Shown here piece after piece: positions 39,603-48,386 of a stretch of DNA of 64,000 nucleotides. Source of the DNA: Prevotella sp. GTDB lineage: Bacteria; Bacteroidota; Bacteroidia; Bacteroidales; Bacteroidaceae. Below the pieces are notes generated by a model. The model saw nothing but the letters and a program-made list of their open reading frames with translations. It did no database searches and was not told the DNA's origin. The DNA lies in NCBI GenBank assembly GCA_045617965.1, contig JAZLJQ010000014.1, positions 21,443 through 85,442 on the forward strand, read 5' to 3'. Numbering within the stretch: the first letter of the stretch is position 1; each line of letters opens with the position of its first letter. A program made the translations under genes and the position numbers.

Positions 39603-40106
39603 ATGAAAGATTTTAGCATAATAATAAACAATATTGTCGCAATTGTTGAGTGTGAAGAGCCAATATTAAAAGCACTTCCAGAAGAGGTGATAACATCGCG
39701 ACTAAATGCACAGCAACGAAGCATAAAAATGCTCGTTGGACATCTCGTAGATTCTGCTAGTAACAATCATCAACGAATGGTGCGTTTACAGTATGCACCA
39801 CGATGTGGACATTCAATGCCAAACACAGAGATGGGAATGCTTGCTTTTCCTGATTATACGCAGGACAACAATCTATGGATACTCCTCCAAGACTATCAGC
39901 ATGAAGACTGGCAAACACTCGTGCAACTATGGAAATATACTAATCTGCATATCTGTCAAGTGATACGGTCAATAGATGAGACCAAATTGCAGAATTATTG
40001 GCTTGATTACGAAGGGCACCGCGTGACACTACGGGAAATGATTTGTGGCTATCTTGAACATCTAAAACTCCACGTTGAACAAATACATGAATTAATAAAA
40101 CAATGA
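39603..40106 (+). CDS. DinB family protein
   Basis: LVGHLVDSASNNHQR, FPDYTQD, YLEHLKLH. Confidence 0.85.
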   Translation: MKDFSIIINNIVAIVECEEPILKALPEEVITSRLNAQQRSIKMLVGHLVDSASNNHQRMVRLQYAPRCGHSMPNTEMGMLAFPDYTQDNNLWILLQDYQHEDWQTLVQLWKYTNLHICQVIRSIDETKLQNYWLDYEGHRVTLREMICGYLEHLKLHVEQIHELIKQ

Positions 40107-41071
40107 ATATCAATAACACTATTATTAGAATAGCTTGTAGTATAATATTTGCTTTTCTTTATCAAACATCACAAGCAACAACTACAGATAGTATATACCA
40201 TATAATGACCTCTGATAGTGTGCTGTTATATGTACATGTTAAAGGCAAAGGTCCATTTTGTCTGTATCTGCATGGTGGACCAGGAGCAGGAAGCACATGG
40301 ATGCAGATTGTGGCAGGACAAACACTTGAAAAACATTATACTATGGTGTATCTTGACCAAAGAGGAGTGTGTAAGTCGGAAACGCCACGAAAAGAAGACT
40401 TCTCATTTTCTAGACAAATTAGTGATTGGGAAGAAGTGAGAAAGAGCTTGCACATTAACCATTGGCTATTAATGGGACATTCTTGGGGAGGGATACTCGA
40501 AATGGGGTATTGGGAAAAACATCGACAACATATAGACGGAATGATTTTTATAAACTGTACACTCTCATGTCAAGCAAGTTTTCTTGAAAGTTGGCTTCCA
40601 AAAGCAATAAGCATCGTAGGCGATAAGGTAAATCCAAAAGCACTTGATGAATCGCTAACAATAAAAGAAAGGATGATGGCTATCTTTCCGCAGTTGAACA
40701 ACGATAACCGATGGGAGATTTTTACACCAAATAAGTGGGCAAACGATTCGTTAAGTTCATGGAGTTTTCACAAACACTGTCTCTCGCATGGTAAAGGGGA
40801 AGAGGTATTGTGGATAAATGATTATTGGCACGATTTCCGGCCTCTAACCCGAGAGGTGCAAGTGCCAGTGCTTGTAATTTTCGGAAAGTACGACTATGCA
40901 GTAGGTCCCAAGATGCACAAATCTCTGCATTTTCCTAATGTTATCATAAGAGGTATTGACTGTGGACATATGCCTTTCCTTGAAAAGCCTGAAGCATTTG
41001 CAAAGGCAATAGATGATTATGCAAAGTATTATAAGCGAACAAAAAATCAAAATAATGAACATACGACTTGA
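40103..41071 (+). CDS. Exported alpha/beta hydrolase (proline iminopeptidase-like)
   Basis: LHGGPG, DQRG, nucleophile GHSWGG, GKYD, CGHMPFLE, signal peptide. Confidence 0.88.
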   Translation: MNINNTIIRIACSIIFAFLYQTSQATTTDSIYHIMTSDSVLLYVHVKGKGPFCLYLHGGPGAGSTWMQIVAGQTLEKHYTMVYLDQRGVCKSETPRKEDFSFSRQISDWEEVRKSLHINHWLLMGHSWGGILEMGYWEKHRQHIDGMIFINCTLSCQASFLESWLPKAISIVGDKVNPKALDESLTIKERMMAIFPQLNNDNRWEIFTPNKWANDSLSSWSFHKHCLSHGKGEEVLWINDYWHDFRPLTREVQVPVLVIFGKYDYAVGPKMHKSLHFPNVIIRGIDCGHMPFLEKPEAFAKAIDDYAKYYKRTKNQNNEHTT

Positions 41072-41717
41072 GAAACCCGAAGATTATCGTGAGGTGGAGA
41101 ACCTTACACGCGAGGCTTTTTGGGATGTATATGCACCGGGATGCGTGGAACATTATGTGCTAAATAGGTATCGAAATAATCCAGATTTCATTCCGGAATT
41201 GGATTTCGTGATGGAAATAGAGGATACAACATTTGATAAAAAGGTAGAGAAGAAACCCAAAATCATCGGACACATCATGTTTTCACGTGCAAAAATCATC
41301 AAGGAAGATGGCACATTCTTCCCGGCATGGACTTTTGGACCTATTAGCATTCATCCTGATTATAAGCGCAAAGGTTACGGGCTGAAGCTGCTCAATTATG
41401 CCATTGATAAAGCACGAAAGATGGGAATAGGTGTGCTTTGCATGGAAGGAAATATAGAATTCTACAAACATGCAGGATTTGCTGTTGCGAGCACTCTTGG
41501 TATACATTATCATGCTGAGCCCAAAGATGCTGAAGTGTCTTATTTCCTTGCTCAAGAACTCATCCCAGGCTTCCTTGATGGAATAAAAGGAACCTATCAT
41601 ACCCCAAAAGGATATTATGTAGCCTTTGAAAACAAAGATGCTTTTGAACAATACGAGTCAACATTTCCGTATAAGGAAAAATTGCAACAACAAGGCCAAT
41701 TAAGAAATGAGTTATAA
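41055..41717 (+). CDS. GNAT N-acetyltransferase (YhbS-like)
   Basis: IRLEKPEDYREVENLTREAF, FGPISIHPDYKRKGYG, GNIEFYKHAGF. Confidence 0.9.
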   Translation: MNIRLEKPEDYREVENLTREAFWDVYAPGCVEHYVLNRYRNNPDFIPELDFVMEIEDTTFDKKVEKKPKIIGHIMFSRAKIIKEDGTFFPAWTFGPISIHPDYKRKGYGLKLLNYAIDKARKMGIGVLCMEGNIEFYKHAGFAVASTLGIHYHAEPKDAEVSYFLAQELIPGFLDGIKGTYHTPKGYYVAFENKDAFEQYESTFPYKEKLQQQGQLRNEL

Positions 41718-41894
41718 AAAATTCATATCATGTGAATCTATTGCTTCAAGTTTGGAGATTAATACTTGAAATCTATATTAAGGTGTGATTTATAAATTCT
41801 AAAATGATATAAACTTTTTTAGTTCATCTAGAATAATTTATAGAACCCACCTTAAATGATAAAACGAATACTTTTTTCATTTTTGCCTAAAAAT

Positions 41895-41956
41895 TAGTGC
41901 AAGGCGAGAGCAGAATGAAATATATTTCAATTATGCCGAGCCGAAGCCTAATTTGC
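41895..41956 (+). repeat. 62-bp dispersed intergenic repeat, copy 1 (REP/MITE-like)
   Basis: TAGTGCAAGGCGAGAGCAGAATGAAATATATTTCAATTATGCCGAGCCGAAGCCTAATTTGC, 60/62 identical to 46483-46544. Confidence 0.9.
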
Positions 41957-42113
41957 AGGAACTGAAATCTACTCAAAAACAACAATCGCAGAATGAAAAA
42001 AATCATCCCCCCATGGCATCTTTGCATGATGGACATACCTATTGCGGACATACAAATTTAGACCTCTGCCCATAACCTCTTTCTATAATCAATATCATCA
42101 ATGCCAAAACATA

Positions 42114-42473
42114 CTAAAAGGCATTCGGAAAATGCAACAGACGCATATCTTCATCAGTAGTGCCAACGATAGAAATAATATCAAAACGAGATTGCCGAGT
42201 TATGCGAAAATATTTTATATATGTCATCGCGGCACTCTTGAGATTTTTAATTTTCTTCTCATCAACGGCATCTTCGGGCTCGCCAAAAAGATTGTTGGTA
42301 CGCGTTTTAACTTCTACAAAAACAATGTCTTTTGTGGTATTGTCTATTGCAACAATATCTATATCTTTATGCCCTATCCGCCAGTCGCGGCAAACAATAA
42401 AATAACCCTTTGACTTAAGATAGTCAACAGCCACCAACTCGCCCCATTGTCCTAAATCGTTGTGAAGAGCCAC
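42114..42473 (-). CDS. yraN: YraN family nuclease
   Basis: LGQWGE.VAVDYL..KGY, DIDIVA, VFVEVKTR, RFDIISI, H..NAF. Confidence 0.92.
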   Translation of the reverse strand: MALHNDLGQWGELVAVDYLKSKGYFIVCRDWRIGHKDIDIVAIDNTTKDIVFVEVKTRTNNLFGEPEDAVDEKKIKNLKSAAMTYIKYFRITRQSRFDIISIVGTTDEDMRLLHFPNAF

Positions 42474-42497
42474 CTTACTTAATTTTACGATTGTGCA

Positions 42498-43205
42498 TTA
42501 TACTACAAATGTCGCTACAAGTATCCCTATGATCGTCAGCAGATATGCAATAGGTATTCCCCAGGGTTCTTGACTACGATATACAAGAGTCTTACCCACA
42601 AATTTTTTATATATAGTATAAACAAACAAAGCCAACACGATACCCAACAATGCCCCCACGAGAATATCTGTCGGATAATGCACACCAAGATACATACGGG
42701 AATAACACGAACCACTAGCCCAAAGGAATGCTGCAACACTCGTCTTCCAACGGCGAAAAATGAGCGTAATAAGCATGGCGCACCCAAAACCATTGCAGGC
42801 ATGATTGGAAGGGAATCCATATTGCCCACCTGTATAGCCGTCAACAAACGATAACTGTCCTATAAGGTCAGGATTGTGCGATGGACGCAAACGCGCTACC
42901 GCTGGCTTGATAATGGAACTCGGTATTTGGTCGCACAACAAAAATAACACACCGAAAGCAACCGTCGTGATGATGACAAGACGCCACGGCGACACTTTGC
43001 GCACACTCTTATCATCACCCACTCTTGCCAATGGCAAAAGGCCTATTTTCATCGGGAAATAGCACACATAAAAAAGAAGCATGAAAGCTAACAAAGTCCA
43101 CGTTCTGCCATCCGTGTAGGTCCACCAGAAAAAGTCATACCCCACACTACCATCGAAATTGATGGCTGTGATAAGAGCATTGTCTATACTTTGAATATCA
43201 ATCAT
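42498..43205 (-). CDS. PAP2-family phosphatase (lipid A phosphatase LpxF/LpxE-like)
   Basis: KPAVARLRP, GFPSNHA and SRMYLGVHYPTD catalytic motifs in a multi-TM protein. Confidence 0.85.
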   Translation of the reverse strand: MIDIQSIDNALITAINFDGSVGYDFFWWTYTDGRTWTLLAFMLLFYVCYFPMKIGLLPLARVGDDKSVRKVSPWRLVIITTVAFGVLFLLCDQIPSSIIKPAVARLRPSHNPDLIGQLSFVDGYTGGQYGFPSNHACNGFGCAMLITLIFRRWKTSVAAFLWASGSCYSRMYLGVHYPTDILVGALLGIVLALFVYTIYKKFVGKTLVYRSQEPWGIPIAYLLTIIGILVATFVV

Positions 43206-43354
43206 TAGAATATTTACAAATTAGTAAGTATAATTTTGAATTATCAAAGAAACATAATCCCCCCCAACTCTCTCCAAAGGAAAAGGCTAAAATCACCACC
43301 ACAAAAGCAATGGCATAGACCAGCAATCTCTCTCTTGGGTGATTTAGATGGACT

Positions 43355-44377
43355 TTACTTCACCTCCCAGATGTCGTTAGTCTCAAGGAGTTCTGCAAAA
43401 GTGTGATAGGTTTTCTTCGCCCTTACTTCTTCTATTTGCTGACATACAGAGTCATTGTATGTTTCGCCTTCCGCATCACGAATGACGCCAAGAGCTATAG
43501 GGAAGCCGTCGGCAGTCTCCAACGGACCATTACAGCTTTGAATACTTGTTCCCATAAGTGCTAACTTCAAATGTAAAGTAGTGTCTTGGCAATGAGCATC
43601 ATGAACGAGCACCTCCGAAGAGTTGCTACTTACTACCTTTAGACCAAATCCATCTTGTGCCAAACCATATTCGCCATTCTCGCCAAAGATCATCTTTTCT
43701 CCATGATGTAAGTAGATGGCATTCTTTGCACGCCCTTCTTTACTATATACAAGGTCGTGAGTGCCATTATTGAATATGACACAATTCTGAAGAATCTCGC
43801 AAACGGAAGCACCCTTGTGAGCCTTTGCGGCCTTCAACACTTCAATGGTGCAAGGAGCATCGGTCGCAACGGCACGAGCGAAGAACTTGCCACGTGCGCC
43901 GAAACATAATTCGGCCGGACGGAAAGGATCTTCAACAGTACCATAAGGCGACGACTTGCTCACGAAACCGCGTGGCGATGTTGGGCTGTATTGCCCTTTT
44001 GTCAAACCATAGATGCGATTGTTGAGAAGTATCATGTTGAGGTCTATATTCCTACGAATGGCATGGATAAAATGATTACCACCGATGGCGAGACCATCAC
44101 CATCACCGCTTACCTGCCAAACAGTGAGGTCGGGATTGGCTACTTTTGTACCAGTTGCAATAGCAGCAGCACGTCCATGTATAGTATTCATGCCGTATGT
44201 GGCCATATAATGAGGCAGACGTGATGAACATCCTATACCGCTGATAACAGCAGTCTTATGAGGTGCCACACCTATTTCAGCCATTGCTTTATGTAAACTG
44301 GCAAGGAGAAAATGGTCGCCACAACCCGGACACCAACGTGGTTTGCCTTTCGAAAAATCTTTTGCTGTATATTCCAT
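43355..44377 (-). CDS. korB: 2-oxoacid:ferredoxin oxidoreductase beta subunit
   Basis: WCPGCGD, SGIGCSSR, GDGD..IGGNH, NNRIYGLTKGQ TPP-binding motif. Confidence 0.92.
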   Translation of the reverse strand: MEYTAKDFSKGKPRWCPGCGDHFLLASLHKAMAEIGVAPHKTAVISGIGCSSRLPHYMATYGMNTIHGRAAAIATGTKVANPDLTVWQVSGDGDGLAIGGNHFIHAIRRNIDLNMILLNNRIYGLTKGQYSPTSPRGFVSKSSPYGTVEDPFRPAELCFGARGKFFARAVATDAPCTIEVLKAAKAHKGASVCEILQNCVIFNNGTHDLVYSKEGRAKNAIYLHHGEKMIFGENGEYGLAQDGFGLKVVSSNSSEVLVHDAHCQDTTLHLKLALMGTSIQSCNGPLETADGFPIALGVIRDAEGETYNDSVCQQIEEVRAKKTYHTFAELLETNDIWEVK

Positions 44378-44391
44378 AAATAATTAATAAT

Positions 44392-46221
44392 TTATATTAT
44401 TTCTTCAAAGGACTTGACCAACTCGGCAACGTTAAACGGCTGACCTTTGACCTGATTGAACTGATAAGGAGCAAAACCATTAACCTTCATGCGAAGGAAA
44501 CTTGCCAACTGCCCTAGATTCTGCTCGGCAACAACCACTTTTTTATATTTCTTCATAACCTCAGCTGTGTTCTTTGGGAGTGGGTTGATATACTTGAAGT
44601 GAGCCAACGCTACCTTATGACCTTTTTCTTTAAGAGCATCCATAGCAGCATGAAGATGGCCAAAAGTACCACCAAAGCCAACGATGAGCAAGTCAGCATC
44701 ATCCTTGTCGCCCAATACTTCCAAATCTGGCACTTTGATGTTTTGTATCTTTTCAAAACGTTTGTGAGTCATCAAATCATGATTTTCAGGATTTGTAGAG
44801 ATAGCACCCGTTTTGTCATCTTTTTCTAGACCACCAAGTATATGTGTGAATCCTTCCCGGCTAGGTACAGCCCAATAGCGGACACCATTTGCATTTCTCA
44901 TATATGGAGTCCAAGTGCCCTTCAATTCTTCTGGGACATAAGGAGGATTTATTGCTGGGTATTCATCTAGATTTGGCAATTTGAATGCCCCCGAACCATT
45001 AGCGACATAGCCATCTGTGAGCAATACCACAGGAGTCATATGTTCCAAAGCTATTTTGCAAGCATTGTAAGCAGCATCGAAACAGTCAACAGGGCTTGTG
45101 GCTGCAATTACTGGCATCGGGCTTTCGCCATTTCGGCCAAAAAGTACTTGCAAGAGGTCTGTTTGCTCAGACTTTGTAGGGAGCCCAGTTGCAGGACCTC
45201 CACGCTGAACATCAATTACTACTAGTGGCAATTCCATTATTACGGCAAGGTTCATAGCCTCGCTCTTTAGACAGATGCCAGGTCCTGAAGTTGATGTAGC
45301 AGCCAACGCACCGGCAAATGCTGCACCTACGGCAGATGAGCAACCTGCTATTTCATCTTCGCATTGTACTGTTGTTACACCAAGAGACTTATGCTTTGAG
45401 AGCTCGTGTAGGATGTCGGTAGCTGGGGTTATAGGATATGAGCCAAGGTAGAGTTTCAAACCTGCCTTTTCGGCTGCGGCAATAAGACCGTATGCTGTGG
45501 CTTTATTCCCTGTGATGTCCATATAGCGGCCTTTTATTTTGTTTTTTGACTCTATGCGATAAGTGTTTGCCACGCTTGAGTGCGTGTTATGGCCATAATC
45601 ATATCCGGCATGTATAACCTTGATATTGTTTTCTGCCACCTCTGGTTTTTTTGCAAATTTCTCTTTCAGGAAATTCTCTGCTATTGTAATGTCTCTATTG
45701 AATAGCCAGCACACTAGGCCTAGTGCGAACATATTACGGCATTTTAGTATAGCCTTATTTTCCATACCGCTGTCAGATAGACAATCTTTTACCATTTGGG
45801 TGATAGGTGCTGCGATGACAAAGTCAGGATCTATTCCCATTTCACCGAGATAGTCGGATGTTTTAAATTCTGCTTTTTCGAGGTCTTTTGGTCCAAAGCT
45901 ATCTGTGTCAATGATGATGCAAGCGCCTTTTTTTGCGTATCGATATTGTGTTTTAAGTGCAGCTGCATTCATTGCTATCAATACATCACACTCATCACCA
46001 GGGGTATAAACTTTTTCTCCGCCAATGTGTACCTGAAATCCGCTTACACCTGTCAGCGAGCCTTGTGGGGCGCGTATGTCGGCAGGATAGTCGGGAAATG
46101 TTGAAATGTCGTTGCCCACGGTCGCTGAGATGGTAGAAAAGATATTTCCAGCCAATTGCATTCCGTCTCCAGAGTCTCCAGAGAAGCGTATCACAACTTG
46201 ATTTAATTCTTTTATTTCCAT
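44392..46221 (-). CDS. korA: 2-oxoacid:ferredoxin oxidoreductase alpha (gamma-alpha fusion) subunit
   Basis: SGDSGDGMQ, YPITPA, QCEDEIAG, TSGPG, QRGGPATGLPTK. Start taken at MEIKEL. Promoter TAATTTTG (minus) at 46264-46271. Confidence 0.92.
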   Translation of the reverse strand: MEIKELNQVVIRFSGDSGDGMQLAGNIFSTISATVGNDISTFPDYPADIRAPQGSLTGVSGFQVHIGGEKVYTPGDECDVLIAMNAAALKTQYRYAKKGACIIIDTDSFGPKDLEKAEFKTSDYLGEMGIDPDFVIAAPITQMVKDCLSDSGMENKAILKCRNMFALGLVCWLFNRDITIAENFLKEKFAKKPEVAENNIKVIHAGYDYGHNTHSSVANTYRIESKNKIKGRYMDITGNKATAYGLIAAAEKAGLKLYLGSYPITPATDILHELSKHKSLGVTTVQCEDEIAGCSSAVGAAFAGALAATSTSGPGICLKSEAMNLAVIMELPLVVIDVQRGGPATGLPTKSEQTDLLQVLFGRNGESPMPVIAATSPVDCFDAAYNACKIALEHMTPVVLLTDGYVANGSGAFKLPNLDEYPAINPPYVPEELKGTWTPYMRNANGVRYWAVPSREGFTHILGGLEKDDKTGAISTNPENHDLMTHKRFEKIQNIKVPDLEVLGDKDDADLLIVGFGGTFGHLHAAMDALKEKGHKVALAHFKYINPLPKNTAEVMKKYKKVVVAEQNLGQLASFLRMKVNGFAPYQFNQVKGQPFNVAELVKSFEEII

Positions 46222-46482
46222 ATCATTTAATTGTAATATAATATATCTTTTTAAGGTGGAAGACAAAATTAGTGAAAATCAAGAATAAAGCAAAAAAATA
46301 ACTTATGTTATTTTAGATAATATCTTTAAGAAAAGACGAAAGACGAAGTCAAAATATTTTTGTTTTTATCAGATTTCATCTTTTGCTGTAGTGCTGAAAG
46401 CAAAGCCTACTAAAAACAAGCTTTTCTCGGCTTTGTTTCATCCCTCCATCCTTACCTTTGGTAAGTAAGATAAAAACAAAAA

Positions 46483-46544
46483 TAGTGCAAGGCGAGAGCA
46501 GAATGAAATTTATTTCAATTATGCCGAGCCGGAGCCTAATTTGC
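46483..46544 (+). repeat. 62-bp dispersed intergenic repeat, copy 2
   Basis: Near-identical to 41895-41956 (two mismatches). Confidence 0.9.
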
Positions 46545-46739
46545 GGCGAGACTTGCGAAGGCGAACATACAAAATGTGGCTCCGCCATAAAAATAGCTCC
46601 TTTCAGTCATAAAAATGGATTGTAATTAGCCACTTAATACAGACAACAAAACTAAAACACACCTTTATTTTTTTACTCACATAGTGAGATGTTTTTTTGT
46701 AGAAGGCTATTTTGTATTTATTTGTGTGCCAAAGGCAAT

Positions 46740-47300
46740 TTAATTCATAATTTGATCTACGATTTCATCGCATGTTTTTAGTACTTTCAAGTGCATGCGG
46801 AAACCGATTGTTCCACCGATTATTCCACCGATTATTCCACCTAATGCGATGCTAGAAGTACTATCGTCAATTTTGGTAACCTCATAAAAAAACCATGAGA
46901 GCCAAACAATAATCATTGGTATTCCAATGTAATGCCATCTAGAGTATTGTCGCCTTACCCATTGCATCTTTTTAGCCACAGTTAGCAAATCCCCGTTAAC
47001 ATCATTTTTATTAACTTTGCGATGAACAAGGTATGTTGCTCCTGTTGAAACTATCATCATGAGGATTGTAAAGATGACAAAATACCATGAATGTGTGAGT
47101 TGATAAAACACGACACTTCCGAATGTTATCACAAAAGCAGCGGCAAAATACACGATATTTGCATTATTGTTTATTGTTCCCATACGAGTCTTTACGGCAT
47201 TGCGTATCATACGATCGTTAATTATCGTTTCTTTCTCAAGTTTTTCTTTGAGAAGTGATATTTGCTGACGCATTTCATTCAGTTGCTGTATATCATCCAT
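46740..47300 (-). CDS. Membrane protein, putative anti-sigma factor
   Basis: Four TM segments with an N-terminal coiled coil, 8 bp downstream of the ECF sigma gene. Confidence 0.65.
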   Translation of the reverse strand: MDDIQQLNEMRQQISLLKEKLEKETIINDRMIRNAVKTRMGTINNNANIVYFAAAFVITFGSVVFYQLTHSWYFVIFTILMMIVSTGATYLVHRKVNKNDVNGDLLTVAKKMQWVRRQYSRWHYIGIPMIIVWLSWFFYEVTKIDDSTSSIALGGIIGGIIGGTIGFRMHLKVLKTCDEIVDQIMN

Positions 47301-47308
47301 AATATTTG

Positions 47309-47782
47309 TTACATTTTTTTCAGTTGTTCTTTAATTCGCATCAGTTTTACAGATACATTTTTCGTTGAGATACCGATAATTTGCCCAATTTCTTCATAAC
47401 TTGTTGCATCAAGCCAAAGCAAGATTATAGCACGGTCAATAGGAGGTAGTTTATGTATACGTTCATATAGTTGTCGTATTTGTCGTGTATCGTTATCATC
47501 ATCTTCAAACAAATTGGCATTCATCACTAGCTTTTCTTTCTGCATCGTGCGCTTTTTCTTTTTGTCGAGTGAGATGCATGTGTTGAGGCTCACACGATAA
47601 ATCCATGTACTGATCTTGCTTTCTCCACGAAATTTTTCATATCCTCGCCATAAGTTTATGAGCACTTCTTGGAACAAGTCATTTACCTCGTCTGCATCTT
47701 GTGAAAACATGTAGCACACTGTATATATAGTACTGCGGTTGTCTCTAACGATTTGTGTGAACTCTTGCTCACGATTATTCAT
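47309..47782 (-). CDS. ECF RNA polymerase sigma factor
   Basis: DLFQEVLINLW, STWIYRVSLNT, SYEEIGQIIGIS..NVSVKLMRIK. Confidence 0.95.
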   Translation of the reverse strand: MNNREQEFTQIVRDNRSTIYTVCYMFSQDADEVNDLFQEVLINLWRGYEKFRGESKISTWIYRVSLNTCISLDKKKKRTMQKEKLVMNANLFEDDDNDTRQIRQLYERIHKLPPIDRAIILLWLDATSYEEIGQIIGISTKNVSVKLMRIKEQLKKM

Positions 47783-47812
47783 ATTATATCTGTTTTCTTA
47801 TGTCTTTATTTA

Positions 47813-47842
47813 TTAGACTATTTTCCTATTTACAAAACTACA
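47813..47842 (-). promoter_or_regulatory. Possible ECF autoregulatory promoter (TGTAGT...GTCTAA)
   Basis: ECF-like -35/-10 shape about 30 nt upstream of the sigma ATG. Consensus match judged by eye. Confidence 0.3.
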
Positions 47843-48386
47843 AAATTTGTAAATGATATGTATGAATATACCAAATAATAATTGGTATACAAATCACTAT
47901 TTTGTTGACGAATGAAAAGTGTACTTCTATAATATTATAAGGTGTTCCACGATTTACCTCTTCAATAAGCCCTAATAATCTACTGGAAACTACATCTTTC
48001 TGTTTGAGTAAGGCAAGAATTGTTCAGCTTTTCCTTCATTTTTCTTACGGGAAAGAAGCAATATTTTCTAAAATCCTTTAGACCGCTAACTTGATTTTCT
48101 ACCTTTGTAAAGACTTAAATGAGATAATCAAAAAATCAAACCATCCTTACAGCCCTCGCGACCCATCCTTATGGAGCTCGCTAACTGTCTTATTCGGCAT
48201 CTATAATGCACACGATAAAGTCTTCTTACTAAGAAAACAAAATATTGTGCGTTTAATCATTCAAGAACGACAATTGGCACACCTATCAAGCAACGTTATC
48301 ACACGCACAATCAAGCCTTTGCGATTGGCATAATCAGACCTTGACATTTGGCTTATAATTAAAAATTCGTATATTTGCCACAAGAT

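Noticed and set aside
43255-43350. C-rich, partly self-complementary segment after korB
   Set aside because: Possibly a degenerate REP-like hairpin or terminator, but too imperfect to call.
46376-46588. 70-aa minus-strand ORF
   Set aside because: It is a translation of the dispersed 62-bp repeat and adjacent hairpin, with no protein features.
46803-46841. 12-bp tandem repeat TTCCACCGATTA
   Set aside because: It encodes the GGII-GGII-GGTI transmembrane motif of the anti-sigma-like protein.
48091-48333. 80-aa ORF or decayed gene upstream of rnr
   Set aside because: No recognisable motifs and a TTG start overlapping a promoter-like box. It cannot be supported without a search.
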